Shown here piece after piece: positions 47,868 through 57,652 of a stretch of DNA of 64,000 nt (positions are counted from its first letter, which is position 1; each line of letters starts with the position of its first letter). A program made the translations under genes and the position numbers. Source of the stretch: an uncultured Candidatus Saccharibacteria bacterium (lineage in GTDB: Bacteria > Patescibacteriota > Minisyncoccia > UBA6257). The stretch is from contig CAYZJA010000001.1 of assembly GCA_964479005.1 (NCBI GenBank), positions 64,001-128,000 of the forward strand. The letters run 5' to 3'. The notes below the pieces were generated by a model that saw only the letters and a list, made by a program, of their open reading frames with translations, ran no database searches and was not told the origin of the DNA.

Positions 47868-48282
47868 TAAATCATCAAAAAAAAGGAAAGTCGGCAGAGG
47901 CGGTAAGAGAGGGACTTATTCTGGGCGAGGAATTAAAGGTCAGAAATCCCGGGCTGGATCAAAGATAAAACCTCAAATAAGAGAGATGATATTAAGGTTT
48001 CCTAAAAGACGCGGGGTGTCTTTTAATCCTTTAAAAAAGAAATCTTTAGCCATAAAATTGAATGATATAGTAAAAGCTTTTCCTGAAGGTGGCGTTATTA
48101 ACCTTAATAAATTAAAGAAAGCAGGCTTGATAAAAAAAATAAAAGGTGAAATTCGTCCAATTAAAATTTTAGGTGCAATACCTTTATCCAAAAAATATAT
48201 TATTAAAAATTGTTTAGTTTCTGAAAAAGTAAAGGAGGTAATTATAAAAGCCGGAGGAAAAATAGATTTTAAAATTAAATAA
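47839..48282 (+). CDS. rplO: 50S ribosomal protein L15, placed directly after rpsE with no L30 gene between
   Basis: KKRKVGRGGKRGTYSGRGIKGQKSRAG. Start placed at the ATG at 47839, which overlaps the rpsE tail. Confidence 0.85.
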   Translation: MQIHQIRSNNKSSKKRKVGRGGKRGTYSGRGIKGQKSRAGSKIKPQIREMILRFPKRRGVSFNPLKKKSLAIKLNDIVKAFPEGGVINLNKLKKAGLIKKIKGEIRPIKILGAIPLSKKYIIKNCLVSEKVKEVIIKAGGKIDFKIK

Positions 48283-48289
48283 ATTTAAT

Positions 48290-49561
48290 ATGTTCAAAAA
48301 TCTTTTAGCTCTATTACGAACGCCTGATTTAAGAAAAAAAGTAATTATAATTTTACTGCTCTTGGTGATTTTTCGGATAATGGCTACCATTCCATTGCCT
48401 AATGTTGACAGAGAGCAATTACAGGTTTTCCTCAGCGCTAATCAGATATTCGGGCTTTTTAACGTTTTTACAGGAGGCGCTTTTAAAAATATTTCAATTG
48501 CTTTACTCGGTGTCGGGCCTTTTATTACAGCTTCTATTATAATGCAGCTTCTTACCATGGTTTTTCCTGCCTTAAAAGAGATGCTTAGCCAAGGTACTGA
48601 TAAAGAAAGAGCAAAATTTATGCAATATTCCCGTTTATTGACGATTCCTTTAGCTGCTTTGCAGGGATTTGGTTTTTTAAATTTATTAAGCAGGCAGGGT
48701 GTTATTGTTTTTGCTAATCCTATTGATTTGATAAGAAGTGTTATTATAGTTACTACGGCTTCAATATTTTTGATGTGGATTGGTGAATTGATAACAGAAC
48801 AAAAATTGGGAAATGGAATTTCTTTAATAATTTTTACAGGTATTGTTATAGGTTTTCCACGTGAAATTATGCAAACAATAATAAGCACAGACCCAACAAG
48901 GCTTCCTAATATGATAGCGTTTTTTGCTATTGCGCTTTTGATGATTGTAGGAGTGGTATTTATTTCAAGGGGAGAAAGAAGGATTCCTGTGAGTTATGCA
49001 AAGCAAGTGCGTGGAACAAAAATTTATGGGGGGGCTTCTACATATTTACCATTGAAAATCAATCAAGCTGGCGTAATTCCTATTATTTTTGCTCTTTCTA
49101 TTTTAATGTTTCCTCAAATGATTAGTCAGTTTTTAGCAAATTCACAAAGTCCGTTTATGCTTAAAATGGCTCTCTTTTTGCAAGGATTTAATCAACAATC
49201 ATTAATTTATCTTGCTTGTTATTTTGGTTTGGTTGTTCTATTTACGTTTTTTTATACAACCATTACTTTTAATCCTGAAACTATTGCTGAAAACTTACAA
49301 AAAAGAGGCGGTTTTGTTCCTGGTTATCGGCCTGGCAAAATAACTTCACAATACCTTGTCAACACCAGCCATAAGGTTACTTTTTTTGGAGCTATATTCT
49401 TGGGCATGATCGCTATTCTTCCAATAATTATGCAGCAGACTACCGGTGTTACCACTTTTGCTATTGGAGGTACTTCAATCTTAATTATGGTAAGTGTAGC
49501 TATAGAAGTCATGGATACAATAGAAGCTCAATTAATAATGCGTGAATATGAAATCTCATAA
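48290..49561 (+). CDS. secY: preprotein translocase subunit SecY
   Basis: 10 TM segments. Conserved SecY motifs (GISLIIFTGIV..., GGTSILIMVSVA). Confidence 0.95.
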   Translation: MFKNLLALLRTPDLRKKVIIILLLLVIFRIMATIPLPNVDREQLQVFLSANQIFGLFNVFTGGAFKNISIALLGVGPFITASIIMQLLTMVFPALKEMLSQGTDKERAKFMQYSRLLTIPLAALQGFGFLNLLSRQGVIVFANPIDLIRSVIIVTTASIFLMWIGELITEQKLGNGISLIIFTGIVIGFPREIMQTIISTDPTRLPNMIAFFAIALLMIVGVVFISRGERRIPVSYAKQVRGTKIYGGASTYLPLKINQAGVIPIIFALSILMFPQMISQFLANSQSPFMLKMALFLQGFNQQSLIYLACYFGLVVLFTFFYTTITFNPETIAENLQKRGGFVPGYRPGKITSQYLVNTSHKVTFFGAIFLGMIAILPIIMQQTTGVTTFAIGGTSILIMVSVAIEVMDTIEAQLIMREYEIS

Positions 49562-50192
49562 TATCATTTTTTTAGGACGCTCTGGTTCGGGAAAAGGCAC
49601 ACAGGCAGAATTATTAATGAAAAAATTCGCCTTAGTGAATATAGATACAGGTGATATTTTAAGAAAGTTGGCAAGAAGAAAAGATAAATTTGGAAAAACG
49701 ATTTTAGAAATCATGGACCAGGGGAAATTAGTTCCAATTTGGTTAGTACTTTATTGTTGGGTGGATAAACTTCTTAAAATTTCTTCCAAAAAAGGAATAA
49801 TGATGGAAGGAAATCCTCGTCAGCTGGAAGAGGCAAAGATTTTAGAGGAAGTCTTTTCCTGGCTTGGGCGTGAAAATTTTAAAGTAGTTTATTTACGAAC
49901 ATCAGCAAAAGAAGTGATGCAGAGATTATTAATGAGGCGAATTTGTTCTAAATGCGGCAGAGAATTTTCTTTGAATTTCACTCCAAATTTAAAAGAATGT
50001 TCTCATTGTAAAGGAAAATTGATTCGGCGATCTGATGATTATCCAAAAGCTATCAAAAATAGAATGTTATTTTTTCAAAAAAAGATTTTACCTGTAATTA
50101 ATTATTTTCGAAAGAAAAAAATTGTAATTGAGGTTAATGGAGAGGGTTCTATTGAAGAAATCCATAAAGGGATTCTTAAAAAATTATTGTGA
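49548..50192 (+). CDS. adk: adenylate kinase with a zinc-finger LID
   Basis: GRSGSGKGTQA P-loop, and CSKCGREF...CSHCKGKL. Start at the ATG at 49548. Confidence 0.85.
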   Translation: MKSHNIIFLGRSGSGKGTQAELLMKKFALVNIDTGDILRKLARRKDKFGKTILEIMDQGKLVPIWLVLYCWVDKLLKISSKKGIMMEGNPRQLEEAKILEEVFSWLGRENFKVVYLRTSAKEVMQRLLMRRICSKCGREFSLNFTPNLKECSHCKGKLIRRSDDYPKAIKNRMLFFQKKILPVINYFRKKKIVIEVNGEGSIEEIHKGILKKLL

Positions 50193-50950
50193 TATATTTT
50201 AAAACTTCTCAAGATATCAGTATTCTACGTGAAGGCGGAAAAAAATTGGCATTAGTTTTAAAAAAAGTAACGCAGGCTGTTCAGCCAGGAATATCTACTG
50301 CTGATTTGGATAAATTGGCTTTTAATCTTATTTGTGAATACGGGGGTAAACCCTCGTTTTTAAATTATCAACCAAGTTTTGCTAATAAGCCATTTCCATC
50401 AAGTTTATGTACTTCAATAAATGAAACTGTGGTTCATGGCCTTCCTTCAGAGAAAAAGATCTTAAAGCAAGGTGATGTGATTTCATTAGATTTAGGAATG
50501 GAGTATAAAGGATTATTTACTGATATGGCAGCAACAGTAGGCGTAGGAGAAATAAAGCCAATATATGAAAAATTGATAAAAATAACGAATGAGTCTTTAT
50601 TACAAGCAATAAAAACGTCAAAGGTAGATAATACTTTGGGTGATATAGGTTATGCTATTCAAAAATGTGTAGAAAAAGAGGGATTTGTTGTTGTAAAAGG
50701 TTTAGTGGGGCATGGAGTTGGTTATTCTCCGCATGAAGATCCTGTTGTTTTTAATTATGGAACCCCGCATCAGGGGTTAAAATTGGAAGAGGGTATGGTT
50801 ATAGCAATAGAGCCAATGGTGACTTTTGATGATGGAACTGTAAAAGAAGAAAAAGATGGCAGTTTTGTGACTCTCAATGGAAGAGTATCGGGTCATTTTG
50901 AACATACAGTGGCTATTACAAAAAAGGGACCAATAGTAATTACGGAGTAA
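50189..50950 (+). CDS. map: methionine aminopeptidase type I (GTG start)
   Basis: M24 pita-bread fold motifs (HGVGYSPHEDP, IEPMV). Confidence 0.9.
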   Translation: MIYFKTSQDISILREGGKKLALVLKKVTQAVQPGISTADLDKLAFNLICEYGGKPSFLNYQPSFANKPFPSSLCTSINETVVHGLPSEKKILKQGDVISLDLGMEYKGLFTDMAATVGVGEIKPIYEKLIKITNESLLQAIKTSKVDNTLGDIGYAIQKCVEKEGFVVVKGLVGHGVGYSPHEDPVVFNYGTPHQGLKLEEGMVIAIEPMVTFDDGTVKEEKDGSFVTLNGRVSGHFEHTVAITKKGPIVITE

Positions 50951-51605
50951 CAAAGGCGAGGAGATATATAAGCAAGTATTTCTCTTTCACTCCTACATTC
51001 CAGCAGAGACAAACAATACTCACTCACTCGGGAACACCTTCCGAAATTCCGCTTCGCCACGTTAAACGTGGCTTCGCTCCAGTTTCGGCTTTCCTTTTCG
51101 TTCGTTTCATTTGTTTGTATCTCTGCTTCCATTAATGTCGTTCAGGAGCAAATACTTGCTTTAATATTTTTTCAACAGCCTCTTCTTGCATTAAACTTTT
51201 ATACATTCACACTTTGTTAATTGTTATTTGTTTTTTGTTTATATCCTGGAGGTTGACCTTCGAGCAATAATGTGGTAGCATATAAATGTCCAAAAATGGA
51301 CATTGTTTTTTTGACAAAAGAATAAAAATATAGAAAATAAAAATATAGAAATTATAGAAAAGGAGATTAAGAAATGAAAAAAAAGAAAGGAAAAAAGGAA
51401 AAAAGAATCAAAGAATCAAAGAATCAAAGAATCAAAGAAAATGATACCGTCTGATGAGGAGATTGGAAAAATGCTGGATATGTCTGAGTTTGTACAAGTA
51501 ATGTATATCGATTGGGGAAATCCACTGGGCACAAAGCCCATCAAATCAAAGTCAAAATAAAAGCCAGAGGAGATAAAAAAATATAGAAAAAGGAGGTGAA
51601 ATGTA

Positions 51606-51866
51606 ATGTTAAAAGTTGTAATAAAGGTTTTGTCTTTATTTGTTTTTATAGTTTTATGTTCATTATTTGCTGATAAAGCTTTATCTCAAATGATAAGTCT
51701 TTATGATAAATTTGGAACGAGATATATCATTGCAATTAATGGATTTGAATTTCTGAGTTTTATCTTTTGGACGGGGTTTATAGTCATGACTTTAATTATA
51801 TTAAAGATAATTATATTGGTTGCTACAGAAAAGAAAGAAGAAAAGCAAGAAGAAGTAGAAGAATAA
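51606..51866 (+). CDS. small membrane protein (86 aa)
   Basis: Preceded by the SD AAGGAGGTGA. Two TM helices. Followed by a terminator. Confidence 0.45.
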   Translation: MLKVVIKVLSLFVFIVLCSLFADKALSQMISLYDKFGTRYIIAINGFEFLSFIFWTGFIVMTLIILKIIILVATEKKEEKQEEVEE

Positions 51867-51873
51867 AAAATGA

Positions 51874-51919
51874 CCCTCGCATCTATGGAGAGATAGGTGT
51901 GAGGGTTTTTTATTTTCTT
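51874..51919 (+). terminator. intrinsic terminator
   Basis: ACCCTCGCATCTATGGAGAGATAGGTGTGAGGGT followed by TTTTTTATTTT. Confidence 0.55.
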
Positions 51920-51951
51920 AAATTTTTGGTATACTACAGTATATATAGAAG

Positions 51952-52410
51952 ATGAATGAACTTTGGACTATTATTATTGCTGGTTCTCCGATAGTTGAAT
52001 TGCGAGGGGCGATTCCTGTGGCTATGGGAATTTTTAATTTTGCTTGGCCTAAAGCGTTAATTTTAAGTTTAATTGGGAATATTTTACCAATTATTCCTAT
52101 AATTTGGTTTTTAGACAAATTATCTGATTATTTGAGTAAACAATTTGATATTTTTAATCGTTTTTTTAATTGGCTTTTTGAAAGAACTAGGAAAAAGACA
52201 GAAAACAGCTTTAATAAATGGGGAAAATGGGCCTTAGTGGCATTTGTTGCGATTCCTTTGCCTTTTACAGGGGTTTGGACTGGTTCAATAGCGGCATTTT
52301 TGTTTGGTGTTAAGTACAGAAACGCTTTTTGGCTTATTAGTTTGGGAGCGCTTTTTGCCGGGATATTAGTTACGATTTTAACTCTTTTAGGCACAAATAT
52401 ATTTTCATGA
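51952..52410 (+). CDS. small membrane protein, putative small multidrug export protein family (Sm_multidrug_ex-like)
   Basis: VELRGAIPVAMG motif plus 4 TM. Confidence 0.45.
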   Translation: MNELWTIIIAGSPIVELRGAIPVAMGIFNFAWPKALILSLIGNILPIIPIIWFLDKLSDYLSKQFDIFNRFFNWLFERTRKKTENSFNKWGKWALVAFVAIPLPFTGVWTGSIAAFLFGVKYRNAFWLISLGALFAGILVTILTLLGTNIFS

Positions 52411-53183
52411 ATAAATTTATTGTTTTTAATTTTAAAATGGCCCCAGCATCTCTTGTAGAAGCAAAAGAAATTTTTCAAATTTTTAAAAAGTTTGCGCAAA
52501 AAACTAAGCCGAACAAAATAATTATAGCGCCGCCTTCTATCTATTTAGCAGAAGCGTCAGATGTTTTTCAAAAAGAATGCATCTTAGGGGCTCAAGATGT
52601 TTTTTGGTTTAATCGTAATTCTGCTACGGGAGAGATTTCACCTAAGATGTTAAAATCATTGGGTGTAGAATATATTATTGTTGGGCATTCTGAAAGACGA
52701 GAATATTTTAATGAAACTAACGAAATAATTAATTCTAAAATAAAAGCCTGTCTAAGTAATGATTTAACTCCGATTCTCTGTATTGGAGAAAAAGAGAGAA
52801 AAAAAGGGGATTGTTCTTTATCTTTCCGGATAAAAAAGATTCTTTTTGAACAATTAAATTATGCTCTAAGAGGCATTATTCTCGAGAAATCCACAGATTT
52901 AGTCATTACTTATGAGCCAGTTTGGGCTATTAGCGCTAATCAACCAAAAGAATTGGAAGATCCAGAAGAAATTGAAAAAACAATTAGTCTTATTCGTTTT
53001 TGGCTTGCCAGACGATTTTCAGAAAATATAGCAAAAAATATACATATTCTTTATGGCGGTTCAGTAGACTCACAGAATATTTCTTCTTTTTTGTCTTTGA
53101 AAGAAATTAACGGAGTTTTAGTTGGTCGAATGAGTACAAATAAAATAGGCCTTAAAAAACTTTTTAAAAAAATAATAAAATAA
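52407..53183 (+). CDS. tpiA: triosephosphate isomerase
   Basis: FNFKM, IVGHSERR, YEPVWAI, YGGSV. ATGA overlap with the upstream gene. Confidence 0.85.
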   Translation: MNKFIVFNFKMAPASLVEAKEIFQIFKKFAQKTKPNKIIIAPPSIYLAEASDVFQKECILGAQDVFWFNRNSATGEISPKMLKSLGVEYIIVGHSERREYFNETNEIINSKIKACLSNDLTPILCIGEKERKKGDCSLSFRIKKILFEQLNYALRGIILEKSTDLVITYEPVWAISANQPKELEDPEEIEKTISLIRFWLARRFSENIAKNIHILYGGSVDSQNISSFLSLKEINGVLVGRMSTNKIGLKKLFKKIIK

Positions 53184-53191
53184 ATAAAATT

Positions 53192-53761
53192 ATGGATAAG
53201 AAGTATATTATAATTATAGCTATCTTAATTATTGTTAGTGGAATTTTTGCTTCGCTTATGATTTATGAAAAATTGACAGGAGTAAACAAAATTGAACCAT
53301 TAGGGATAGCATCGGAAAATATTATAGTGGCAGGAGATGAAGAAGAAATAGTTCAGGTTATTACGCCAGCGACTGTAGATCAGGAGATAGAATTAGCAGC
53401 TAATTGTGATGCTTTTCCTGATATGTTAACATCTTGTACAAAATATAAATGTCAATTTATTCATCCATTTACTGGCGAGGATATGAAGAGAGAAATTTTG
53501 GGAATAATTGATGGAAAATGTAATTATATTGAGCAGATGCCTAATAGTGGGCAAATGGAATGTAAATATACAGAAAGTTTTAGAAAAGTTGTCGCTCAAT
53601 ATTATAGGGATATTGAATATGCAGAATCTATTGGATTTGAAATAGATATAGATTTAGGAAGTGAAGAGCAAGTAACAAAATATACTATAGACGGCAAAGA
53701 GGTAGCAAATCCTCTGCAAGAAGCGACAGACACTGGAATTTGTATTATCTCAGGCTATTAA
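53192..53761 (+). CDS. secreted cysteine-containing hypothetical protein
   Basis: N-terminal TM/signal. Confidence 0.35.
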   Translation: MDKKYIIIIAILIIVSGIFASLMIYEKLTGVNKIEPLGIASENIIVAGDEEEIVQVITPATVDQEIELAANCDAFPDMLTSCTKYKCQFIHPFTGEDMKREILGIIDGKCNYIEQMPNSGQMECKYTESFRKVVAQYYRDIEYAESIGFEIDIDLGSEEQVTKYTIDGKEVANPLQEATDTGICIISGY

Positions 53762-53863
53762 AGGATAAATTTTGACCAGATATATTTTGAGAGCAAGTGA
53801 TATTAATAAAATCCATAGAAGTTAAAAATAATAAAACAAAAATATAATAAAATAAATAAAATT

Positions 53864-54646
53864 ATGAATGAAAAAAAACAAAAACAGTTAATTGATACTT
53901 TAATAGTCTTCTTGGTAATTTTAGGTTTAGGTGTTTTGAGCTGGGGTTATTATAATTATCATCAAGCGCAAAGTATTATCAATGAAGGCGAGCATACGAT
54001 TTCTTTTACTGCCGAGGGAAAAGTTTTGGCTAAACCTGATATTGCGAAAATTACTTTTTATGTAATAAATCAAGGAGAAAAAGCTGAAACAGTGCAGAAA
54101 GAGAATAATGAAAGGATGCAAGAAGCTGTTACTTTTGTTAAAAATCAAGGAGTTGAAGATGACGATATTAGAACAGTTAGGTATAATTTAAACCCTGAAT
54201 ATGATTATACCTGGTGTAAAAAACCTGGTGAAAAACCTTATCCCTCTTGTCCTCCAAAAATTATTGGTTATAAATTAGATCAGGGTGTAGAAGTTAAAAT
54301 TAGAGATTTTGATAAAATTGATACAATTGTAGGAGGATTGTCTGAAAAAGGAGTGAATCAGATTTCCAATGTGAGTTTTGTTATTGATGATACTGAAAAC
54401 TACAAAAATGAGGCTCGTATTTTGGCATTGGACAAGGTAGAAAAAAGAGCTAAATTATTAGCGCAAAAAAGCTCAATTAAATTAGGAAAGATTATTGATA
54501 TTTCAGAAGGACAGGGCATTTACCCTGTTTATAGGGCTGCAACAATGGAAGCAGTGCCTGGTTCTTCCGATGAAATAACAGCTCCAATTGAACCTGGCAC
54601 AGAGGAAATTACTGTAACATTGACTGTTACCTACAAACTACGTTAA
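53864..54646 (+). CDS. SIMPL-domain (DUF541) protein
   Basis: ISFTAEGKVLAKPDIAKITFYV...NPEYDY matches the SIMPL pattern. N-terminal TM. Confidence 0.6.
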   Translation: MNEKKQKQLIDTLIVFLVILGLGVLSWGYYNYHQAQSIINEGEHTISFTAEGKVLAKPDIAKITFYVINQGEKAETVQKENNERMQEAVTFVKNQGVEDDDIRTVRYNLNPEYDYTWCKKPGEKPYPSCPPKIIGYKLDQGVEVKIRDFDKIDTIVGGLSEKGVNQISNVSFVIDDTENYKNEARILALDKVEKRAKLLAQKSSIKLGKIIDISEGQGIYPVYRAATMEAVPGSSDEITAPIEPGTEEITVTLTVTYKLR

Positions 54647-54651
54647 GGGCA

Positions 54652-55836
54652 TTGAAGATATTTATGAAGTCCATTAGATCTGCAAATATTTTGGGTCAGC
54701 TTGTTTTAATGAGAGTGGATTTTAATATTCCTGTTAAAAATGGCAAGGTTTTAGATGATTTTCGTATTCAGCGCGTTTTACCGACCATTCAATTCTTAAG
54801 AGATAAAAAAGCGAAAAAGATTATCTTAATTTCTCATTTAGGTCAGCCAGATGCTAAAGACAGAGATAAACCAGAATTTAGTTTAGCTCCAATCGCGAGT
54901 CATTTAGAAAAATTAATTGGGGAAAGTGTATATTTTACAGCAATGTTAATTGGAAAAGGTCTAAAACAAGAAATTGAAAATCTACCAGATGGTTCCATAA
55001 TTCTTTTAGAGAACATTCGCTTTTATAAAGAAGAGAATCAGAATAATAAAAATTTTGCTAAACAATTAGCAAAAATAGCTGATATTTTTATTAATGAAGC
55101 TTTTTCAGTTTGTCATCGCAAGATAGCTTCTTTATGCGCAATAACAGAGTTCCTGCCTTCTTATGCAGGAATTTTGCTTGGAGAAGAGTTGGTTAATTTA
55201 AATAAACTTATTCAAAAACCGCAACATCCTTTAGTTGTAATTTTGGGCGGAGTTAAAATAAAAGACAAAATATCTGTTATAGAGAAATTTAAGAATAAAG
55301 CTGATTTCATTTTATTAGGCGGAGTTATGGCTAATACGTTTTTAAAGGCAAATGATTTTTCTATTGGTAAGTCACTTCATGATGAAGAATCTTTTACACA
55401 AGTGAAAGATTTAAACATTGGAAAAACAGAGTTGATTTTACCTGGTGACTTTGTGGTTTTAGATAAAAATAATCAAAAACAAATAAGAGAATTGGGGAAA
55501 ATAGCTGAAAATGATAAAATTCTTGATATTGGGCCAATAGCTTGTGATACTTTTTCTAAAATTATTTCTAAAGCAAAAACAGTATTTTTTAATGGTCCTA
55601 TGGGGAAATTTGAAGATAAAAGATTTTCTGATGGAACCAATAAGATTATTAATGCAGTTATTGAAAATAAATTAGCTTTTTCAGCAATAGGCGGAGGAGA
55701 AACTATTGCCTGTTTTAGATTTTTTAATTCCAAATTCCAAATTCCAAATTCTATATTCTTATCAACGGGCGGTGGGGCAATGCTTAAATATCTTGCTGGC
55801 GAATCTTTACCCGGCTTAGTAGCACTAAATAAATAA
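54652..55836 (+). CDS. pgk: phosphoglycerate kinase
   Basis: RVDFNIPV, ILISHLGQPD, GGGA, GGGE. Confidence 0.9.
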   Translation: MKIFMKSIRSANILGQLVLMRVDFNIPVKNGKVLDDFRIQRVLPTIQFLRDKKAKKIILISHLGQPDAKDRDKPEFSLAPIASHLEKLIGESVYFTAMLIGKGLKQEIENLPDGSIILLENIRFYKEENQNNKNFAKQLAKIADIFINEAFSVCHRKIASLCAITEFLPSYAGILLGEELVNLNKLIQKPQHPLVVILGGVKIKDKISVIEKFKNKADFILLGGVMANTFLKANDFSIGKSLHDEESFTQVKDLNIGKTELILPGDFVVLDKNNQKQIRELGKIAENDKILDIGPIACDTFSKIISKAKTVFFNGPMGKFEDKRFSDGTNKIINAVIENKLAFSAIGGGETIACFRFFNSKFQIPNSIFLSTGGGAMLKYLAGESLPGLVALNK

Positions 55837-55844
55837 CAATAAAA

Positions 55845-56684
55845 ATGTCTGATATTATAGTTTTTTATCATAAAAATTGTCAAGATGGACTTGCTTCTGC
55901 TTGGGTGGCTTGGAAAAAATTTAAAAATAAAGCAGAATACATAGCATTAAATTATCAAGATCCTTTTGATTATAATGTTAAAGGAAAAAAGATTTATTTT
56001 CTGGATGTAATTCCGAATAGAAAGATTTTAGAAAAACTGAAAAAAAGTGGTTGTGAAATTGTTATTATAGATCATCATTTAAGCGCTAAAAAGAACTTAG
56101 ATTTAGCATCTCCTGGTTCGTTTATTATTAGGCTTGATATGAGGCGTTCGGCAGCGGTTTTAACTTGGAAATACTTCTTTCCAAGGAAGAAAATTCCGAA
56201 GATATTGCTTTATGTAGAAGATATGGATTTATGGAACAATAAAAAGCGATTTAGCCGTGAAATTGTAGCATCTATAAGTTTATCAGACTTTGATTCTAAA
56301 AAGTGGGATAAATTAGTTGATGATATTGAGGATAATAAAAAAAGAAAAAAATACATATTAAGAGGAAAAGAGATTGTTAAACATGAAGATGAAATGATAA
56401 AAGAGATTGTGCAAAAGGCAAAAAAGATTAAAATGGGGAAAATAAAAACCTTAGTCGTTAATTCTTCAGTCTTAATTTCTCAGATAGGGGGTGTTTTAAT
56501 AAAACAATTGCCTCCAATGGCAATAATATGGTTTGAGGCAGGAGATTTTAAAAGAATATCTTTGCGCTCTAATGGGGAGGTCGATGTTTCAAAAATAGCA
56601 GAAAAATATGGCGGCGGAGGGCATAAACGTGCAGCAGGTTTTGCTATTAAATCAAAAGATCCTTTTCCGTGGGAAAAGAATTAA
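55845..56684 (+). CDS. DHH/DHHA1 family phosphoesterase (NrnA-like short form)
   Basis: IVIIDHH, and the C-terminal GGGGHKRAAGF DHHA1 motif. Confidence 0.65.
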   Translation: MSDIIVFYHKNCQDGLASAWVAWKKFKNKAEYIALNYQDPFDYNVKGKKIYFLDVIPNRKILEKLKKSGCEIVIIDHHLSAKKNLDLASPGSFIIRLDMRRSAAVLTWKYFFPRKKIPKILLYVEDMDLWNNKKRFSREIVASISLSDFDSKKWDKLVDDIEDNKKRKKYILRGKEIVKHEDEMIKEIVQKAKKIKMGKIKTLVVNSSVLISQIGGVLIKQLPPMAIIWFEAGDFKRISLRSNGEVDVSKIAEKYGGGGHKRAAGFAIKSKDPFPWEKN

Positions 56685-56688
56685 TTTT

Positions 56689-57126
56689 ATGAAAGAAAAA
56701 ATAGATAATAAATTGGAAGTTTATACTGATGGAGGAGCAAGAAATAATCCCGGACCAGCAGGAATCGGGGTTGTTATTGGTGATAAAGAATACGCTGAAT
56801 ATATAGGCAAAGCGACTAATAATATAGCTGAGTATAAGGCGGTTATTTTTGCTTTAAAAAAAACCAAACATTTATTAGGAAAATCAAAGCTTAAAAACAC
56901 CGAGGTAATTGTTAATATTGATTCGTTATTAGTAGTAAACCAACTAAATGGGGAATATAAGATTTTAGAAAAAGAACTTCAACTGCTTTTTATGGAAATA
57001 TGGAATTTAAAATTTAATTTCCCCTATTTAAGATTCAATTATATACCAAGAGAAGAAAACAAAAAGGCTGATCATTTAGTTAATCAGGCTATTGATACAC
57101 GCAGCCAAAACACATTAAATTTGTAA
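56689..57126 (+). CDS. rnhA: ribonuclease HI
   Basis: VYTDGGARNNPGPAGIG...NNIAEYKAVIFAL...DSLLVVNQL. Start placed at the ATG at 56689. Confidence 0.8.
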   Translation: MKEKIDNKLEVYTDGGARNNPGPAGIGVVIGDKEYAEYIGKATNNIAEYKAVIFALKKTKHLLGKSKLKNTEVIVNIDSLLVVNQLNGEYKILEKELQLLFMEIWNLKFNFPYLRFNYIPREENKKADHLVNQAIDTRSQNTLNL

Positions 57127-57160
57127 AAAAAATCGTCCCGTTTAGCGAGACGATTTTTAT
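57127..57160. terminator. bidirectional intrinsic terminator shared by rnhA (+) and the RNase P RNA (-)
   Basis: A-run, then hairpin AATCGTCCCGTTTAGCGAGACGATT, then T-run. Confidence 0.55.
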
Positions 57161-57164
57161 CTAT

Positions 57165-57588
57165 TGACGATTGAACCTATAAGCCGAATTCTGTATCCTG
57201 TTAAACAGGACGATAGTCATTTATCTAGCCCTGAAATTACTCTCAGGGTCAAGCGGCCACTTTCTGACAAATGTCAGAACACGAGCCTTGCACCCAGTAA
57301 GGATTTAGCCGTTTCATTCTTGAAATTGCTTTCAAGACTCACCCTAATTAAAAAATAATTAGGGTGTTTTGAACTTTTCAGTTCAAAACGTCTCTGTTCG
57401 CACCTCTATTCCAGTTGTAAATCCGTCATTAGCGTTACCGCTAAGAGGCAAAAACTGGAGCGATAGCTGTTAGCTATTACCTTTTACCAACTTTGTTTTA
57501 GGCAAAATTGGTGGTGTTCGGACTTTCCTCCCCGCCTAAGTTTTGCGAACAAAATTTTGGCGGGGTAACTACCCAGTTCAATCGAGAA
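57165..57588 (-). ncRNA. rnpB: RNase P RNA (bacterial type)
   Basis: The minus strand carries GGAGGAAAGTCCGAACACC (P4 5' strand; compare AGGAAAGUCCGGGCUCC) and ACAGAATTCGGCTTATAGG (P4 3' strand; compare ACAGAACCCGGCUUAUCGG). A P1 helix pairs CGATTGAACTGGG with AGGTTCAATCG. GC-rich relative to the flanks. Confidence 0.7.
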
Positions 57589-57652
57589 TTATTATACACC
57601 TTTTTTTTGATTAATTCAAGGATTTATAGTAAGATAAAAAAAACAAGGAATA

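Noticed and set aside
50893-51132. Minus-strand 79-aa ORF overlapping the end of map and the GC-rich spacer
   Set aside because: No start context, overlaps a confidently called gene, and lies in a region better interpreted as non-coding structured sequence.
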